A stretch of DNA of 64,000 nt, from NCBI GenBank assembly GCA_040755455.1, contig JBFMAY010000001.1:294164-358163 (forward strand), given 5' to 3'. Position numbers and translations under genes: made by a program. The notes below the pieces were generated by a model. That model searched no databases. It saw only the letters and a list, made by a program, of their open reading frames with translations, and had not been told where the DNA came from. Of this stretch, positions 20,777 through 30,429 are shown one piece after another (within the stretch, counting starts at the first letter, position 1; each line of letters begins with the position of its first letter). The stretch comes from Thermodesulfobacteriota bacterium. GTDB lineage: Bacteria > Desulfobacterota > Desulfobulbia > Desulfobulbales > SURF-16.

Positions 20777-20946
20777 GGTCGTTTCAGATCAACAGCATGG
20801 CGGAAAGGCTTTGTTATTCATTCAATCCTCGCATGGCTGGGAAAAGAAAAGAATTCTTCCCATGTCAGAAGATGAGATGCATGCAATCGGAAGAGTAATC
20901 ATTTTAAAATGTATCAGAATTTTACTGGTGAAGCTCTTAAAAAAGG

Positions 20947-20977
20947 CAAAAAAAAAGCCCCGGTCGAAACCAGGGCT
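20947..20977 (-). terminator. Intrinsic terminator after the dodecaheme pair
   Basis: Minus strand AGCCCTGGT-TTCG-ACCGGGGCT followed by a T run. Confidence 0.85.
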
Positions 20978-21002
20978 GTTTTGCTGTATCCGCAGATTGT
21001 GC

Positions 21003-21929
21003 TTATTTGTTAATCGGCGGGTTATGGGCGTTGATATGGCAGTCTAAGCAACGTGGGAATTTTTCAAGCATTTTTGCGTCGTGGGGCTGGCTATGGCAAT
21101 TGGTGCACTGCGGAATCTGCCCATGCTTTTCATGGCATTTGGCGCAGGCAACCCCGGAATGTTTGCTTGGCGAGGCTGCCCAGACTTTATAGACCTGATC
21201 ATGGCAGGCGCCGCAGGTTGCCTCAGTCCCGGCCTCGTAGGTAATCGCCAGCGGCCGGTGCACAGGATGGCAGGACTTGCAGGCCTCGACCGGTTGGTCG
21301 GGAATATGGGGCTCATGGCATTCCATGCATGATGGAATGTTGCCGTGCTTGGTATGGTGACAGGCCGTACAGTCCTGCTGGGTATGGGCACTGGGGAATT
21401 GCTTCAGCTGCCCTGTGGGGCCGGTATGGCAGTTACCGCACTGCTTGGCCAGCATATCGTTCATGGGAACATTCAGCGGGGTGTGCGGGATGTTATGGCA
21501 GGTTATGCAGTCGAGAAAATTTGGCCCGTGCGGTTGGGTGTGGCACTGGCTGCATTTCGGCATAATTTCATTCCAGTTGTTTCTTTGCGGGTTATATGAA
21601 TGAAATTGCTGATGGCAGTCCTGGCAGTGTATGCGATGACGGCCGCCGTCGTTTTTGATCTTGTTGAACACGCCGATATGGCATTGGGCGCATTGGGCTA
21701 CGGTCAGTGGTTCAGGGGATTGGGCATAAAGGTCAGCGCCTCCTTTGCTGGCAGCGGGGGCAGCCTGGGCTGCCGGCTGCTCTGCACTGGCAAGGAGCAC
21801 AGGGGCTTCAGCCTTGCCAGTTTTTGCTGCTGTCCCGCGTTCGGTCGCATTGATCGGCATGCAGGAAATAGCCGAGGAAATGAAAAAAACGGAGAGGACA
21901 TTGTAAAGAATTTTTCTTTTCTTTTTCAT
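21003..21929 (-). CDS. Dodecaheme cytochrome c, possibly a lipoprotein
   Basis: 12 CXXCH motifs; signal region ends ...SSAISC. Confidence 0.9.
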   Translation of the reverse strand: MKKKRKILYNVLSVFFISSAISCMPINATERGTAAKTGKAEAPVLLASAEQPAAQAAPAASKGGADLYAQSPEPLTVAQCAQCHIGVFNKIKNDGGRHRIHCQDCHQQFHSYNPQRNNWNEIMPKCSQCHTQPHGPNFLDCITCHNIPHTPLNVPMNDMLAKQCGNCHTGPTGQLKQFPSAHTQQDCTACHHTKHGNIPSCMECHEPHIPDQPVEACKSCHPVHRPLAITYEAGTEATCGACHDQVYKVWAASPSKHSGVACAKCHEKHGQIPQCTNCHSQPHDAKMLEKFPRCLDCHINAHNPPINK

Positions 21930-22044
21930 AAGGTATTCCTTTCTTCAGAGAGTAGCAAAACACAGAATAATCTGGATGATAGGCTGATGGAGAAAAAAAA
22001 GAGTGAGCAGTAAAACTGCCCACTCTCTGGTATTAAATATCCTG

Positions 22045-22860
22045 TTACTTGGTCACGTCATGGGCAATGCCGTGGCAATCGCCGCATGTCGGGAACTTCT
22101 TCATCATGTCGTCGGGATGCGGAATGCCATGGCAATCCTGGCACTTCGGCACCATCTTGTGCTGTGATTTGTGGCAATCGGCACAGGCGACATCCTTGTG
22201 TTTGGCGGGGCTCGCCATCAGGAGGTCGTAAGCTTTCTGATGACAGGAACCGCAGAGTTTGGATGGTGTGTCATCGGGATAAACAACCTGCAACGGCATA
22301 TGGGCTTTGTGGCAGGTCAGGCAGTCACTCTGCACCATGTCATCGGCATGGGGGGAGTGGCAGTTCGTGCAGTTCGGCAACTCGCCATGGGCGGTATGAC
22401 AGGTGGTGCAGAACTGTTCGGTATGTTTGCTTGGATTCTGCTTTAACTGATCAATCTGATCGGTATGACAGGTAAGGCAGGGATCGGTCAGATTGTCTGC
22501 CAGGGTGATGTTCAGCGGCGTGTGGGGGTTCTTGTGACATTTCAGGCAGCCTTCAAGTTCAAAATGCTTCTCGCCGGTGTGGCACATGCTGCATTGGGGA
22601 ATAATGTCGGTGTTGTTGGGAGGATGGCCCTGATGGCAATCAATACAGGTAACGCTGGTCTTGTGTTTGCCGCCTGCGCTTTCAATGGCCTGCGGTGCAG
22701 CGTCATGGCATTTTGCACAGTCGGCAATGCTTAAAACAGGACGCTCTGCATCTTGCGCCGCGGCAAAGGGAGCTGCCGCCCCTGCTGTCAGGAAGATTGC
22801 AAAAGCTGTCACCATGTGTTTCATCAATTGAATCTTTTTATATTTTTTGCCCATTTTCAC
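22045..22860 (-). CDS. Periplasmic dodecaheme cytochrome c, paralog of its neighbour
   Basis: 12 CXXCH motifs with the same spacing pattern; signal peptide; AGGAGG RBS. Confidence 0.9.
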   Translation of the reverse strand: MKMGKKYKKIQLMKHMVTAFAIFLTAGAAAPFAAAQDAERPVLSIADCAKCHDAAPQAIESAGGKHKTSVTCIDCHQGHPPNNTDIIPQCSMCHTGEKHFELEGCLKCHKNPHTPLNITLADNLTDPCLTCHTDQIDQLKQNPSKHTEQFCTTCHTAHGELPNCTNCHSPHADDMVQSDCLTCHKAHMPLQVVYPDDTPSKLCGSCHQKAYDLLMASPAKHKDVACADCHKSQHKMVPKCQDCHGIPHPDDMMKKFPTCGDCHGIAHDVTK

Positions 22861-23103
22861 TTAAATTATCCTCCTGATGTTGAAATTAAGTGTCGATCTG
22901 TTGAAAATACAAGGCATTTTCATGTATTGCCTAAAGCCAAAAGTTAATGCTAACGGGAAATTGCAGAGTGCAACAATTATTTGCGAGACGTTACATGTAA
23001 GGGTCTAACATGCAAATACGGCGAATAGTTGCCATAGTCTGACAAAAAATGCAATATTTTAGTCAGGAGGATTGTCAAAAAAAATTGCAGGGGGGGTGGG
23101 TGC

Positions 23104-23652
23104 TCAGGTTTTAAAACTGTCCAGATTCTCTTTCAGCTTGCCAAAGGCATCATTTATTTCCGTTGATTTCTGAAGAGTTGTTTCCAGTTTGGCCTGACTT
23201 TCCTGGGCCGTCTTTATTTTTTTCTTCAGCGAGCCCGTGCAGTCATTAAGAGCTGCGGCCATATCCTGCAGGATGTCATTTCTGCGCAGTTTGATTTCCG
23301 AGCGCAGATCCCCTTCTTTCAGCTCTTCCAGCCGTTTTTCGATGCGGTAAAGAGGTCCGGCTATTCTTTGCGGAAGAAAAATAACCACGATCAAGGCGCT
23401 CAGGAAACTCACCGCAGACCCGGCGGCGATGACCGGCAGTAAGAGATCACTGACCCGGCGGATTGTCACATGGGCGGTATAGAAGCTATCGGTAATTTCG
23501 CTTCTGGCATAAAAATAAAGAATCGCCGCGGCAACGAGCGAGCTGAGCAGGACTTGCGCGGTCATGCGCAGAAGAAGCCATTTCTGAAATTCCCGCTTCA
23601 CGTTCAGGTTGAGTTTTTTTCTCTTGTACTTATAAGGGTTCATGGCAGTCAA
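23104..23652 (-). CDS. Small 2-TM HAMP-domain protein with no output domain
   Basis: Two hydrophobic helices, then RIAGPLYRIE...GDLRSEIKLRRNDIL and a coiled coil. ATG alternative at 23643. Confidence 0.75.
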   Translation of the reverse strand: MTAMNPYKYKRKKLNLNVKREFQKWLLLRMTAQVLLSSLVAAAILYFYARSEITDSFYTAHVTIRRVSDLLLPVIAAGSAVSFLSALIVVIFLPQRIAGPLYRIEKRLEELKEGDLRSEIKLRRNDILQDMAAALNDCTGSLKKKIKTAQESQAKLETTLQKSTEINDAFGKLKENLDSFKT

Positions 23653-23678
23653 TACATTCTGTTAGCGGAACAGTTCTG

Positions 23679-24872
23679 TTAAAATTTGTCCGGATGACAA
23701 CCTAAACAGAGTTCCTTTCGCGATGATTTGATGAGCCGGTACTCAATGTCCGCTGCATGATTACAGTGGCAGGTCATGCAGGAGATCCGGCCGTCCGGCA
23801 GGGTCGGATACCCGGGCGGTATTTTTGTTTTGCCCTTGGGCAGAATATTAACCGGATGCGATTTCTGCTGGTTGTAGCCTTTGTGGCAGGTGGCGCAGAT
23901 GGTCATGCTGCTGACCTTTTTATCGGTCAACGGGATATGTTCTGCGGCCATGTCAGCGGAATGATCTGATTTTTCGAGGGAAATCCGCCGTTCTGCCGGC
24001 TCAGCGCCGGAAATGCCGATGGCAATCGCCACCGGCTGATTGGCGGCCAGCTCCAGCATGACATGCTCATCGTTGATGCTGAAAAAGCTGCTTGTTATGA
24101 CAATTTTTTCACTGCCGGTCCCTTGCTTTTCAGCCGGAGGGTTAGGCAATGGGGAAATTTCCAAGGTGGAGAAGATAAAAAGGGGAGAAGTGGCGCTGTT
24201 GCCGAAAATGTCCCGGCAGGTAATGGCAAGCTGATAGGTTGCACCGCTTTGCAAACCCGGCAGGATTATTTCATGATCGGTCACAAAACGCTCCTTTTCT
24301 TCGACTGTTTGCCCGCTGCCTGCGCTGCCGTATTGCACGGTTGTGTTTGTTTTTTCATCGGTCTGCCAGGAGATTGCGGCATGGAGCAGGATCCCCTGTT
24401 GCACATCGGCCTTGATGTTGGTGATCCGCGGCGGGGTCAGGTCGTTTTTTGCCTTTGTCAGGGTGTCTGAGGGAGGAATCGTCAAGGATTGCCGTAGCGG
24501 GGATTGGCCGGGTGCCGTGGCCTCCATCACTATTTTTTCGGGAGTGGTTTTTGCCGGCAGCAGAAATGTGTGCGCCACCGACACCGATGGCGATATGTCG
24601 AGCCAGCGGATTTTTGCCCTGGCCAGGGGGGCAGGGGTGGGCTCCTCGGCAACAGGGGAAGAATCCTGCGGGTCAACATGGCATGTCAGGCAGTTCCTGT
24701 CGGCAAAAGGTTGGTGGATGTATCTTTTTTCCAGTTCCTTTTCCAGGAACTGATTGTGGCATTTTTCGCATTCCTCCGGCAGCGTCTCATTGGGGTTGGA
24801 TGCAGCGAAGGAGCTGTTGTTAGGCAGCAGGAGGAACAAGAGGAGGGTTAAGGCAGGCAGCCATGAATGCAT
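23679..24872 (-). CDS. Pentaheme cytochrome c with a central FN3/Ig-like domain
   Basis: Signal peptide from ATG 24872, 2 N-terminal and 3 C-terminal CXXCH, and ISWQTDE...VQYG...LPGLQSGATY (FN3-like). Confidence 0.85.
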   Translation of the reverse strand: MHSWLPALTLLLFLLLPNNSSFAASNPNETLPEECEKCHNQFLEKELEKRYIHQPFADRNCLTCHVDPQDSSPVAEEPTPAPLARAKIRWLDISPSVSVAHTFLLPAKTTPEKIVMEATAPGQSPLRQSLTIPPSDTLTKAKNDLTPPRITNIKADVQQGILLHAAISWQTDEKTNTTVQYGSAGSGQTVEEKERFVTDHEIILPGLQSGATYQLAITCRDIFGNSATSPLFIFSTLEISPLPNPPAEKQGTGSEKIVITSSFFSINDEHVMLELAANQPVAIAIGISGAEPAERRISLEKSDHSADMAAEHIPLTDKKVSSMTICATCHKGYNQQKSHPVNILPKGKTKIPPGYPTLPDGRISCMTCHCNHAADIEYRLIKSSRKELCLGCHPDKF

Positions 24873-24886
24873 ATCGATCCTGTCGC

Positions 24887-26197
24887 TTAAAAGGTTTTGC
24901 GGATAGCAGGGAGAGTTTGGTTGCAGTCGGTGACGTATGCCCCGTGATAATGACACTGTTCGCAGGGTATCCGTGGTGGCGGTTTGGCGCCGTGGCAGCT
25001 GCAGCTCGTTTCCTTAGAATAGGGAGGTTCAGAGTGGGCTGTAGCGGTGTGATGGACCATGTGCCAGTCATCGGTATGACATTTTGCACACAGCAGTTCC
25101 AGGTTTGAGGTGCCGGCCGGCGAGGTTGCCGCCGTGTGCACGGCAGTGGTGGTAACCGTGCCGTTCACCTCTCTTCTGATGAGAAACGAGCTTGGCGAGC
25201 CGTGGGGTTCGTGGCAGTCAAGGCAGGAGAGCACCCAGCCGTTGGCGGCGCTGTAAGGATTTATTCTTTCCGAGCTGCCGGTAGCACTGTTCTTGCCGTG
25301 TTTGTCGCCGGCTGCTATGGCGTCTCCGCTCAGGGTATACCAGCTGATTTTATAGAGATTTCTGCCCAGGGTGCTGCTGAAAATGGTGTTGGTGGTATTG
25401 TGGCAGTCCGTGCAGAAGGCATTGTAGTCCGGGGTCAGCGAGCCGTCGTCTGTATTGGTGGCATCGGGTTCATAGGTGTTGGTTGAATTGTAATAATAGG
25501 GCGCCAGGTAGTTGTTGCTGCTGGCAGCATCCATTTTCTCGGCAGCGTCATTGCCCCAGAGATTGGCATGATCTGACGGCTTGGAGATGGCTGTGTAAGA
25601 CGGGTCTTTTTGATTTTCCTTATTACGCCTAGCTAAGTGCGGGTTATGGCAACCGGTGCATGGATTAGAGGTGGCCGTAAAAAAGCTGGGGAAATTGGTT
25701 TTGCTGAAATCCCAGATATCGGAGAGGTTGTGATAGGAGTGTTGATTGAATGCCTCAAAAATTCCCAATGGCGAATAGTTGGTATAACCGCCGAACGTGG
25801 CGGCGTAATCCTTATTGTCTATTCCGCCGGTTTGCAGGGAAGAGACGATGGTGTGACAGTAAAAGCAGAAATTGTCGCTCTGCTGATAGGGGCTGGTGGT
25901 GGCACTGGTGTTGAAGTTGTCGCCAAAAAGGGCAAAAGGTGAGGCGGTATCGTCTCCGGAATAGGGCTCAGGTTCATCGCCGTCGATACTGGCGTGTTGT
26001 TCATGGCAATGGGCGCAGTTACCCTTGGCGTAGTTAAGGAGGGAGTCTCCGCTTCGCAATACCCCGAATGAAGCGTTGCCATGGGCGGAATCAGTGTATG
26101 GGCCGGCCTGGGCCGGGAGATAAAGAAAAGGTGCCAGAAAAATTATACAGAGAGGTGGTAAGTAAGCACTTCTGTAAATTCGCTGTTGCTTTTTCAT
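24887..26197 (-). CDS. Secreted multiheme cytochrome c (7 CXXCH + 1 CXCH)
   Basis: Signal peptide; CAHCH, CFYCH, CTGCH, CTDCH, CLDCH, CAKCH, CEQCH and CSCH. Confidence 0.88.
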   Translation of the reverse strand: MKKQQRIYRSAYLPPLCIIFLAPFLYLPAQAGPYTDSAHGNASFGVLRSGDSLLNYAKGNCAHCHEQHASIDGDEPEPYSGDDTASPFALFGDNFNTSATTSPYQQSDNFCFYCHTIVSSLQTGGIDNKDYAATFGGYTNYSPLGIFEAFNQHSYHNLSDIWDFSKTNFPSFFTATSNPCTGCHNPHLARRNKENQKDPSYTAISKPSDHANLWGNDAAEKMDAASSNNYLAPYYYNSTNTYEPDATNTDDGSLTPDYNAFCTDCHNTTNTIFSSTLGRNLYKISWYTLSGDAIAAGDKHGKNSATGSSERINPYSAANGWVLSCLDCHEPHGSPSSFLIRREVNGTVTTTAVHTAATSPAGTSNLELLCAKCHTDDWHMVHHTATAHSEPPYSKETSCSCHGAKPPPRIPCEQCHYHGAYVTDCNQTLPAIRKTF

Positions 26198-26326
26198 GAA
26201 GTATTCCTTGTCAAGTTCGGAAAGTGAAAGTCATGAATACTTGGGGTTCTATTTTAACTTAACAGGATTTTTTTACATAATATTCCCGCAGGGCAAATTT
26301 ATATATATGTATAAAAAAATACGAAC

Positions 26327-26357
26327 AAAAAAAAAGCACGGATGTACGTGCTTTTTT
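26327..26357 (-). terminator. Intrinsic terminator, potentially bidirectional
   Basis: AAAAAAGCACG-GATGTA-CGTGCTTTTTT hairpin downstream of the PilZ gene. Confidence 0.7.
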
Positions 26358-26407
26358 GACGATTTATTACCGGCAGGAAAGATATGTTTTTGCTCTAACT
26401 ACTACAT

Positions 26408-26827
26408 CTACATATAAAATTGCTCAGTGGAATTTTCGTCAGTTAATTGTGAATCATAGGCTAACTGGGGAATCTTGGCATTGTCAAGAATAAAGCGTTC
26501 CAGCTGCTGTATCTGACTGGCTGAGAGATCACCGAAAATAACTCGCCTCTGCTTGATGACGGGTTTGCTTGCCGGCGATTTTGAAATGACGGTATCGGAA
26601 ACTGTCTCAAAAGGGATTTCATCCATGTAATGATCGTTATAACCAAAGAGAATGCCTCTTTCCGGTGGAGTTCCCTGCAAATACTCTTTGTCAACATAAT
26701 TGAAAAGTATGCCTCCCATGCTGATGTCTATAACTTTTCCAAAGTTATGGTGAAGTACATACATGTCTTTCTTTGGCATAAACCGGGGGAATTTTCGACG
26801 GTTCATTGTGTTGAAATTAGTAGTCAT
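26408..26827 (-). CDS. PilZ-domain protein
   Basis: RRKFPR (RxxxR) and DISMGG (DxSxxG) c-di-GMP-binding motifs. Confidence 0.8.
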   Translation of the reverse strand: MTTNFNTMNRRKFPRFMPKKDMYVLHHNFGKVIDISMGGILFNYVDKEYLQGTPPERGILFGYNDHYMDEIPFETVSDTVISKSPASKPVIKQRRVIFGDLSASQIQQLERFILDNAKIPQLAYDSQLTDENSTEQFYM

Positions 26828-26916
26828 TTTTCAGCCCCTCGCTCTAATGTTTCATTATGTCTCGCAATCGAGCATTCTCTGAACATATGTTTAACAAAAA
26901 ATACAGGGGGTGGGAA

Positions 26917-26933
26917 TGGGGCAAATTGTCGCA
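26917..26933. promoter_or_regulatory. RegA/RegR-type box
   Basis: TGGGGC-AAATT-GTCGCA in the divergent intergenic region between the PilZ and decaheme genes. Confidence 0.65.
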
Positions 26934-27249
26934 TTTATCAGCGTAAATTCAGTCGTTGCATCATGTTTTGCCATAAGAGCATAATTTTTTTCGGTGTTAA
27001 AGGAACTTTGTGAAAACATACTGTTAGGTTTGTTGGCTCTAAGTCTTGGTCATAAAAAGCTTGCATTATAACAAATGTATTGCTTTTTTAGCTTTGTTTC
27101 ATCACATAAAGCAAGCAATGTTGACAACAGAAAATGAAAATGGTACGTGAAGTTGACAAATTATGAATAGATATTCATTTACACTGTCAGAGGTGCGCCG
27201 TCGTGCTGAGTAGTCGGTGTTTTATCGAAAATTCAGATATATAAAATTC

Positions 27250-28422
27250 ATGAAAATGGGGTTTACTGCTCAACTGTGGAAACGATCCGGCGTTTCCAGC
27301 ATATATTATCTTCTCTTTGTTCTCGGTTTCGCTACTGGTCCGGCGCTGGCAGGGGAAGTTACCCTCCTCACTCCGGAGAGCGCCTGCATCGTTTTTGCGC
27401 GTTCACCATCTTACCATTTTGTCGTGGAAGTTGATGAGCAAGAGGACCTCCGGCGGCTCCAGCTTCAGTCGGGGTCGCAAAGCATCATGCCACTGGCCAC
27501 CCGAATGAAAAACGATATCTTTTATGTGCATTTTCGTGTTCCTCTTGTTCCGGGTGAAAACAAGTTTGTTCTTTCCCCCGGCTCAAAGAAAATTGTCATT
27601 GATTATAAACCGCTTCGTACGCTGTTAAACGCCAACTTGAATGCCACGGGCGTTTATCTTTATCACCGGAAGGATACCATGCATCAGGAATGTCGGCAGT
27701 GCCATGAGGTCGAGTCCGTGCCGGATGATTTTTTTGTTAAACCCACGCCCTATGGCCAGAATTCTCCCGTCTGCTATACGTGCCATAAGGCCATTTTTGA
27801 GGAAACAAAATGGCAGCACAGTCCTGCGGCGAATTTGCTCTGTGAGACCTGTCACCAGCAGGAGAAGGATGTGGGCCGGATTTCCGTCTCCATAGGAAAA
27901 GATGCCTCCCTGTGTTACCATTGCCATCTTGTCAAGGGGAAGGCTTGGGGTGACATGGCGCATATCCATCAGCCGGTTGGTTTCGGTGTCTGTTCAATCT
28001 GTCATAATCCCCATGGCGACTCTTACCGGTTTCAGTTGTGGGCTGACGGCAGGGCCGAATTATGCGTCAGTTGCCACGTTGACAAGGAAGATCTGCTGAA
28101 GAAGGACACCAAGGGTGTCAATGTGCATGGCATCATCAGGGGAGGGGGCTGTGTCGCCTGCCATGATCCCCACGCCTCTGAAAATAAGTATATGCTTTAT
28201 AAACCGGTCAATGAACTCTGTACCGGTTGCCATAATGAGCTGGCAGGTGTAACAAAAGGCCATCCGGTCGGCGGACATCCTCTGAAAGGCCCCAAGAATC
28301 CATTGAACCCGAAAAAGGAATTTAACTGTGCAAGCTGCCACAATCCACATGGTTCAAAATTCCAGTATTTGCTGGTCGGGGATCTTTTAGGAGGCCTGGT
28401 TTGCAGCAAATGCCATCATTAA
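27250..28422 (+). CDS. Decaheme cytochrome c (doubled-CXXCH type)
   Basis: Signal peptide, a heme-free N-terminal domain, then 10 CXXCH, several as CxxCHxPH. Start uncertain (27217-27256). Confidence 0.9.
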   Translation: MKMGFTAQLWKRSGVSSIYYLLFVLGFATGPALAGEVTLLTPESACIVFARSPSYHFVVEVDEQEDLRRLQLQSGSQSIMPLATRMKNDIFYVHFRVPLVPGENKFVLSPGSKKIVIDYKPLRTLLNANLNATGVYLYHRKDTMHQECRQCHEVESVPDDFFVKPTPYGQNSPVCYTCHKAIFEETKWQHSPAANLLCETCHQQEKDVGRISVSIGKDASLCYHCHLVKGKAWGDMAHIHQPVGFGVCSICHNPHGDSYRFQLWADGRAELCVSCHVDKEDLLKKDTKGVNVHGIIRGGGCVACHDPHASENKYMLYKPVNELCTGCHNELAGVTKGHPVGGHPLKGPKNPLNPKKEFNCASCHNPHGSKFQYLLVGDLLGGLVCSKCHH

Positions 28423-28509
28423 ATAAGGTGCTGCGAGCAATGAAAGTTTTGCAGTACCACTTTCAGTTTAGGGAGATGCAATTTTCTGTAATGCTGGATT
28501 TTTGACAAA

Positions 28510-29835
28510 ATGATTCTATTTCATGTCGGTGCTAAGTGGATTATGCATACATTAAAAGGGAAAATTTCTCGATTATTCATCCTTGTTCATGCAAGCGAGG
28601 TCTGCCGAATCGCTGTTCTCCTTGTCTGCCTCGGCTTGTTGCCCTGCAAGATCGCTGATTCTGCGCAGCCTGAGGAAAAGACCCCATGGCCTGTCCCTGT
28701 AAAAACAGTGGCTATTATTAACGAGGATGACGAGGGGGTGCCGCTGAAGTTTCCTTCAGCTGTCTTTTTCGATAAGACGATGAATGAGATTTATGTGGTG
28801 AACGGTGGCAACGGACGCATTAATCTCTATGGTACCGATTATTTTCCCAGAATTTCTTTAGGTTCGGGCCGCGGTATCGACTCGCCGAACGGTATTTATG
28901 TCGCCGGAGATGGACGTCTCTTCATATGTCAGGGCCGCACGGCAAAAAATCCTCCCCGTCTCACCATCCTCAATGCCGCTTTTTTCCCTCTCAAGGAAAT
29001 TATGATCCAGCAGTTTCCAGAGGCGGAATCGTTTGTGCCGCATCGTGTTTACGAAGGCCGCAATGGGACAATTTATGTCACCGGCATTGATTTTCGCGGG
29101 CTTATGGTGCTTGACAGCGAGGGTAATTTTTTACACTGGCTTAAACCAAAGGATAAGATATGGACGGATCAGCCGCTGGATTATTCGAAACTTCCGCCGG
29201 AGGTTACCGGGAAAGGACCAAATGGAACAGGAGAACCGCCGGCAGCCATGGAAAATGAAGAAACTGCCGAAGAAGAGCAGCATCAGACTGAGATGGCCAA
29301 TCTCCCTGACTTTCTCAGACCTAAAGGCAAGGAGGTCGTTGAAGAAGAGGAGTCAAAGCTGTTCGGTCCGGTTCAGGTGACTGACGTTGTGTGCGGGTCT
29401 GAAGGCTATATTTATGTGCTCAGCGAGGAAACAAGCAAGGTCTATGTCTATAATGCCTCGGAGGAGTTTCTTTTTGCTTTCGGCAAAAAGGGCGGGTCTT
29501 CCGGAAAAATGAGCCGGCCCAGGGCTCTCGCTGTCGATGAGAAGAGAAAGTGTATTTATGTGGTCGATTATATGCGCCACACTATTCTCATTTATAATTT
29601 TGCCGGACGTTTTCTTTTTGAGATCGGCGGCAAGGGCAGTTCGCCTCGGTGGTTCAATTTTCCAACCGCCTTGACCTTGGACGGAGACGGCAACCTGATA
29701 GTGGCCGATCTTTTTAATCAGAGAGTGCAGGTTCTGGATGTAAAGTTTGAGGCTGGTGTCGCTCTGTTTGGCGCAAGCAGTCAGTCAGATAAGTTGATAA
29801 ATAAAGATAGGCTTGATAAACCTTCCCAGGAGTAA
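28510..29835 (+). CDS. NHL-repeat beta-propeller protein
   Basis: NHL motifs (FGKKGGSSGKMSRP, FNFPTALTLD...VADLFNQRVQV) with an acidic insertion. Start uncertain. Confidence 0.85.
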   Translation: MILFHVGAKWIMHTLKGKISRLFILVHASEVCRIAVLLVCLGLLPCKIADSAQPEEKTPWPVPVKTVAIINEDDEGVPLKFPSAVFFDKTMNEIYVVNGGNGRINLYGTDYFPRISLGSGRGIDSPNGIYVAGDGRLFICQGRTAKNPPRLTILNAAFFPLKEIMIQQFPEAESFVPHRVYEGRNGTIYVTGIDFRGLMVLDSEGNFLHWLKPKDKIWTDQPLDYSKLPPEVTGKGPNGTGEPPAAMENEETAEEEQHQTEMANLPDFLRPKGKEVVEEEESKLFGPVQVTDVVCGSEGYIYVLSEETSKVYVYNASEEFLFAFGKKGGSSGKMSRPRALAVDEKRKCIYVVDYMRHTILIYNFAGRFLFEIGGKGSSPRWFNFPTALTLDGDGNLIVADLFNQRVQVLDVKFEAGVALFGASSQSDKLINKDRLDKPSQE

Positions 29836-29841
29836 ATAAGG

Positions 29842-30375
29842 TTATTTCTCCGGTGGATACTTGTAGAGCTTCCGTTGCAGGGTTCTGCGATGGATACCAA
29901 GCCTCTTGGCGGTTTCAGAAATGTTGCCGCCGCAGTCAGCCAGAACCCTGTTGATGTGTTCCCATTCCGTCCGGGCAAGGGATGGGGCCATGAAGTCGTC
30001 CGGTTGATTGCCGATTTCGACTTCCGGGTTCCTGTTGAAAGCATTGAGGATATCCCCGACATCCGCTGGTTTGGGCAGATAAAAGATGGCGCCGAGTTTA
30101 ACCGCATCGGCAGCTGTTGCAATACTGCCGTAGCCCGTCAAGACAACCATTTTTAGTTCCGGATCGATGACCAGGGCATCCCTGATCAACTCAAGACCGG
30201 ATTTGCCGGGCATCTTCATGTCAACCACGGCAAGTTTAGGTTTGTCCTCTCTAATAATCCTGATCGCCTCATCATAATTTGCCGCTGAATAAACCTTAAA
30301 GCCGCGGCCCTCAAAAGCCCGCTGCATTCTGTTTCTGAAAAGGTCTTCGTCATCGACTATCAGAATTGTGTCCAT
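29842..30375 (-). CDS. regA: RegA/PrrA/ActR-family response regulator
   Basis: LTGYGSIATA and PSLARTEWEHINRVLADCGGNISETAKRLGIHRRTLQRKL, the diagnostic RegA output domain. Confidence 0.92.
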   Translation of the reverse strand: MDTILIVDDEDLFRNRMQRAFEGRGFKVYSAANYDEAIRIIREDKPKLAVVDMKMPGKSGLELIRDALVIDPELKMVVLTGYGSIATAADAVKLGAIFYLPKPADVGDILNAFNRNPEVEIGNQPDDFMAPSLARTEWEHINRVLADCGGNISETAKRLGIHRRTLQRKLYKYPPEK

Positions 30376-30429
30376 GTTTACATCTCTCCATTGTCGTACG
30401 ATGGGATTACTGGTTAGGACTGTCTATTG

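Noticed and set aside
22980..23040. GEMM-like words (GGTCTAA...GTTGCC) and a weak RegA-like box
   Set aside because: Wrong strand for the downstream gene, no convincing stems, and the box has several mismatches.
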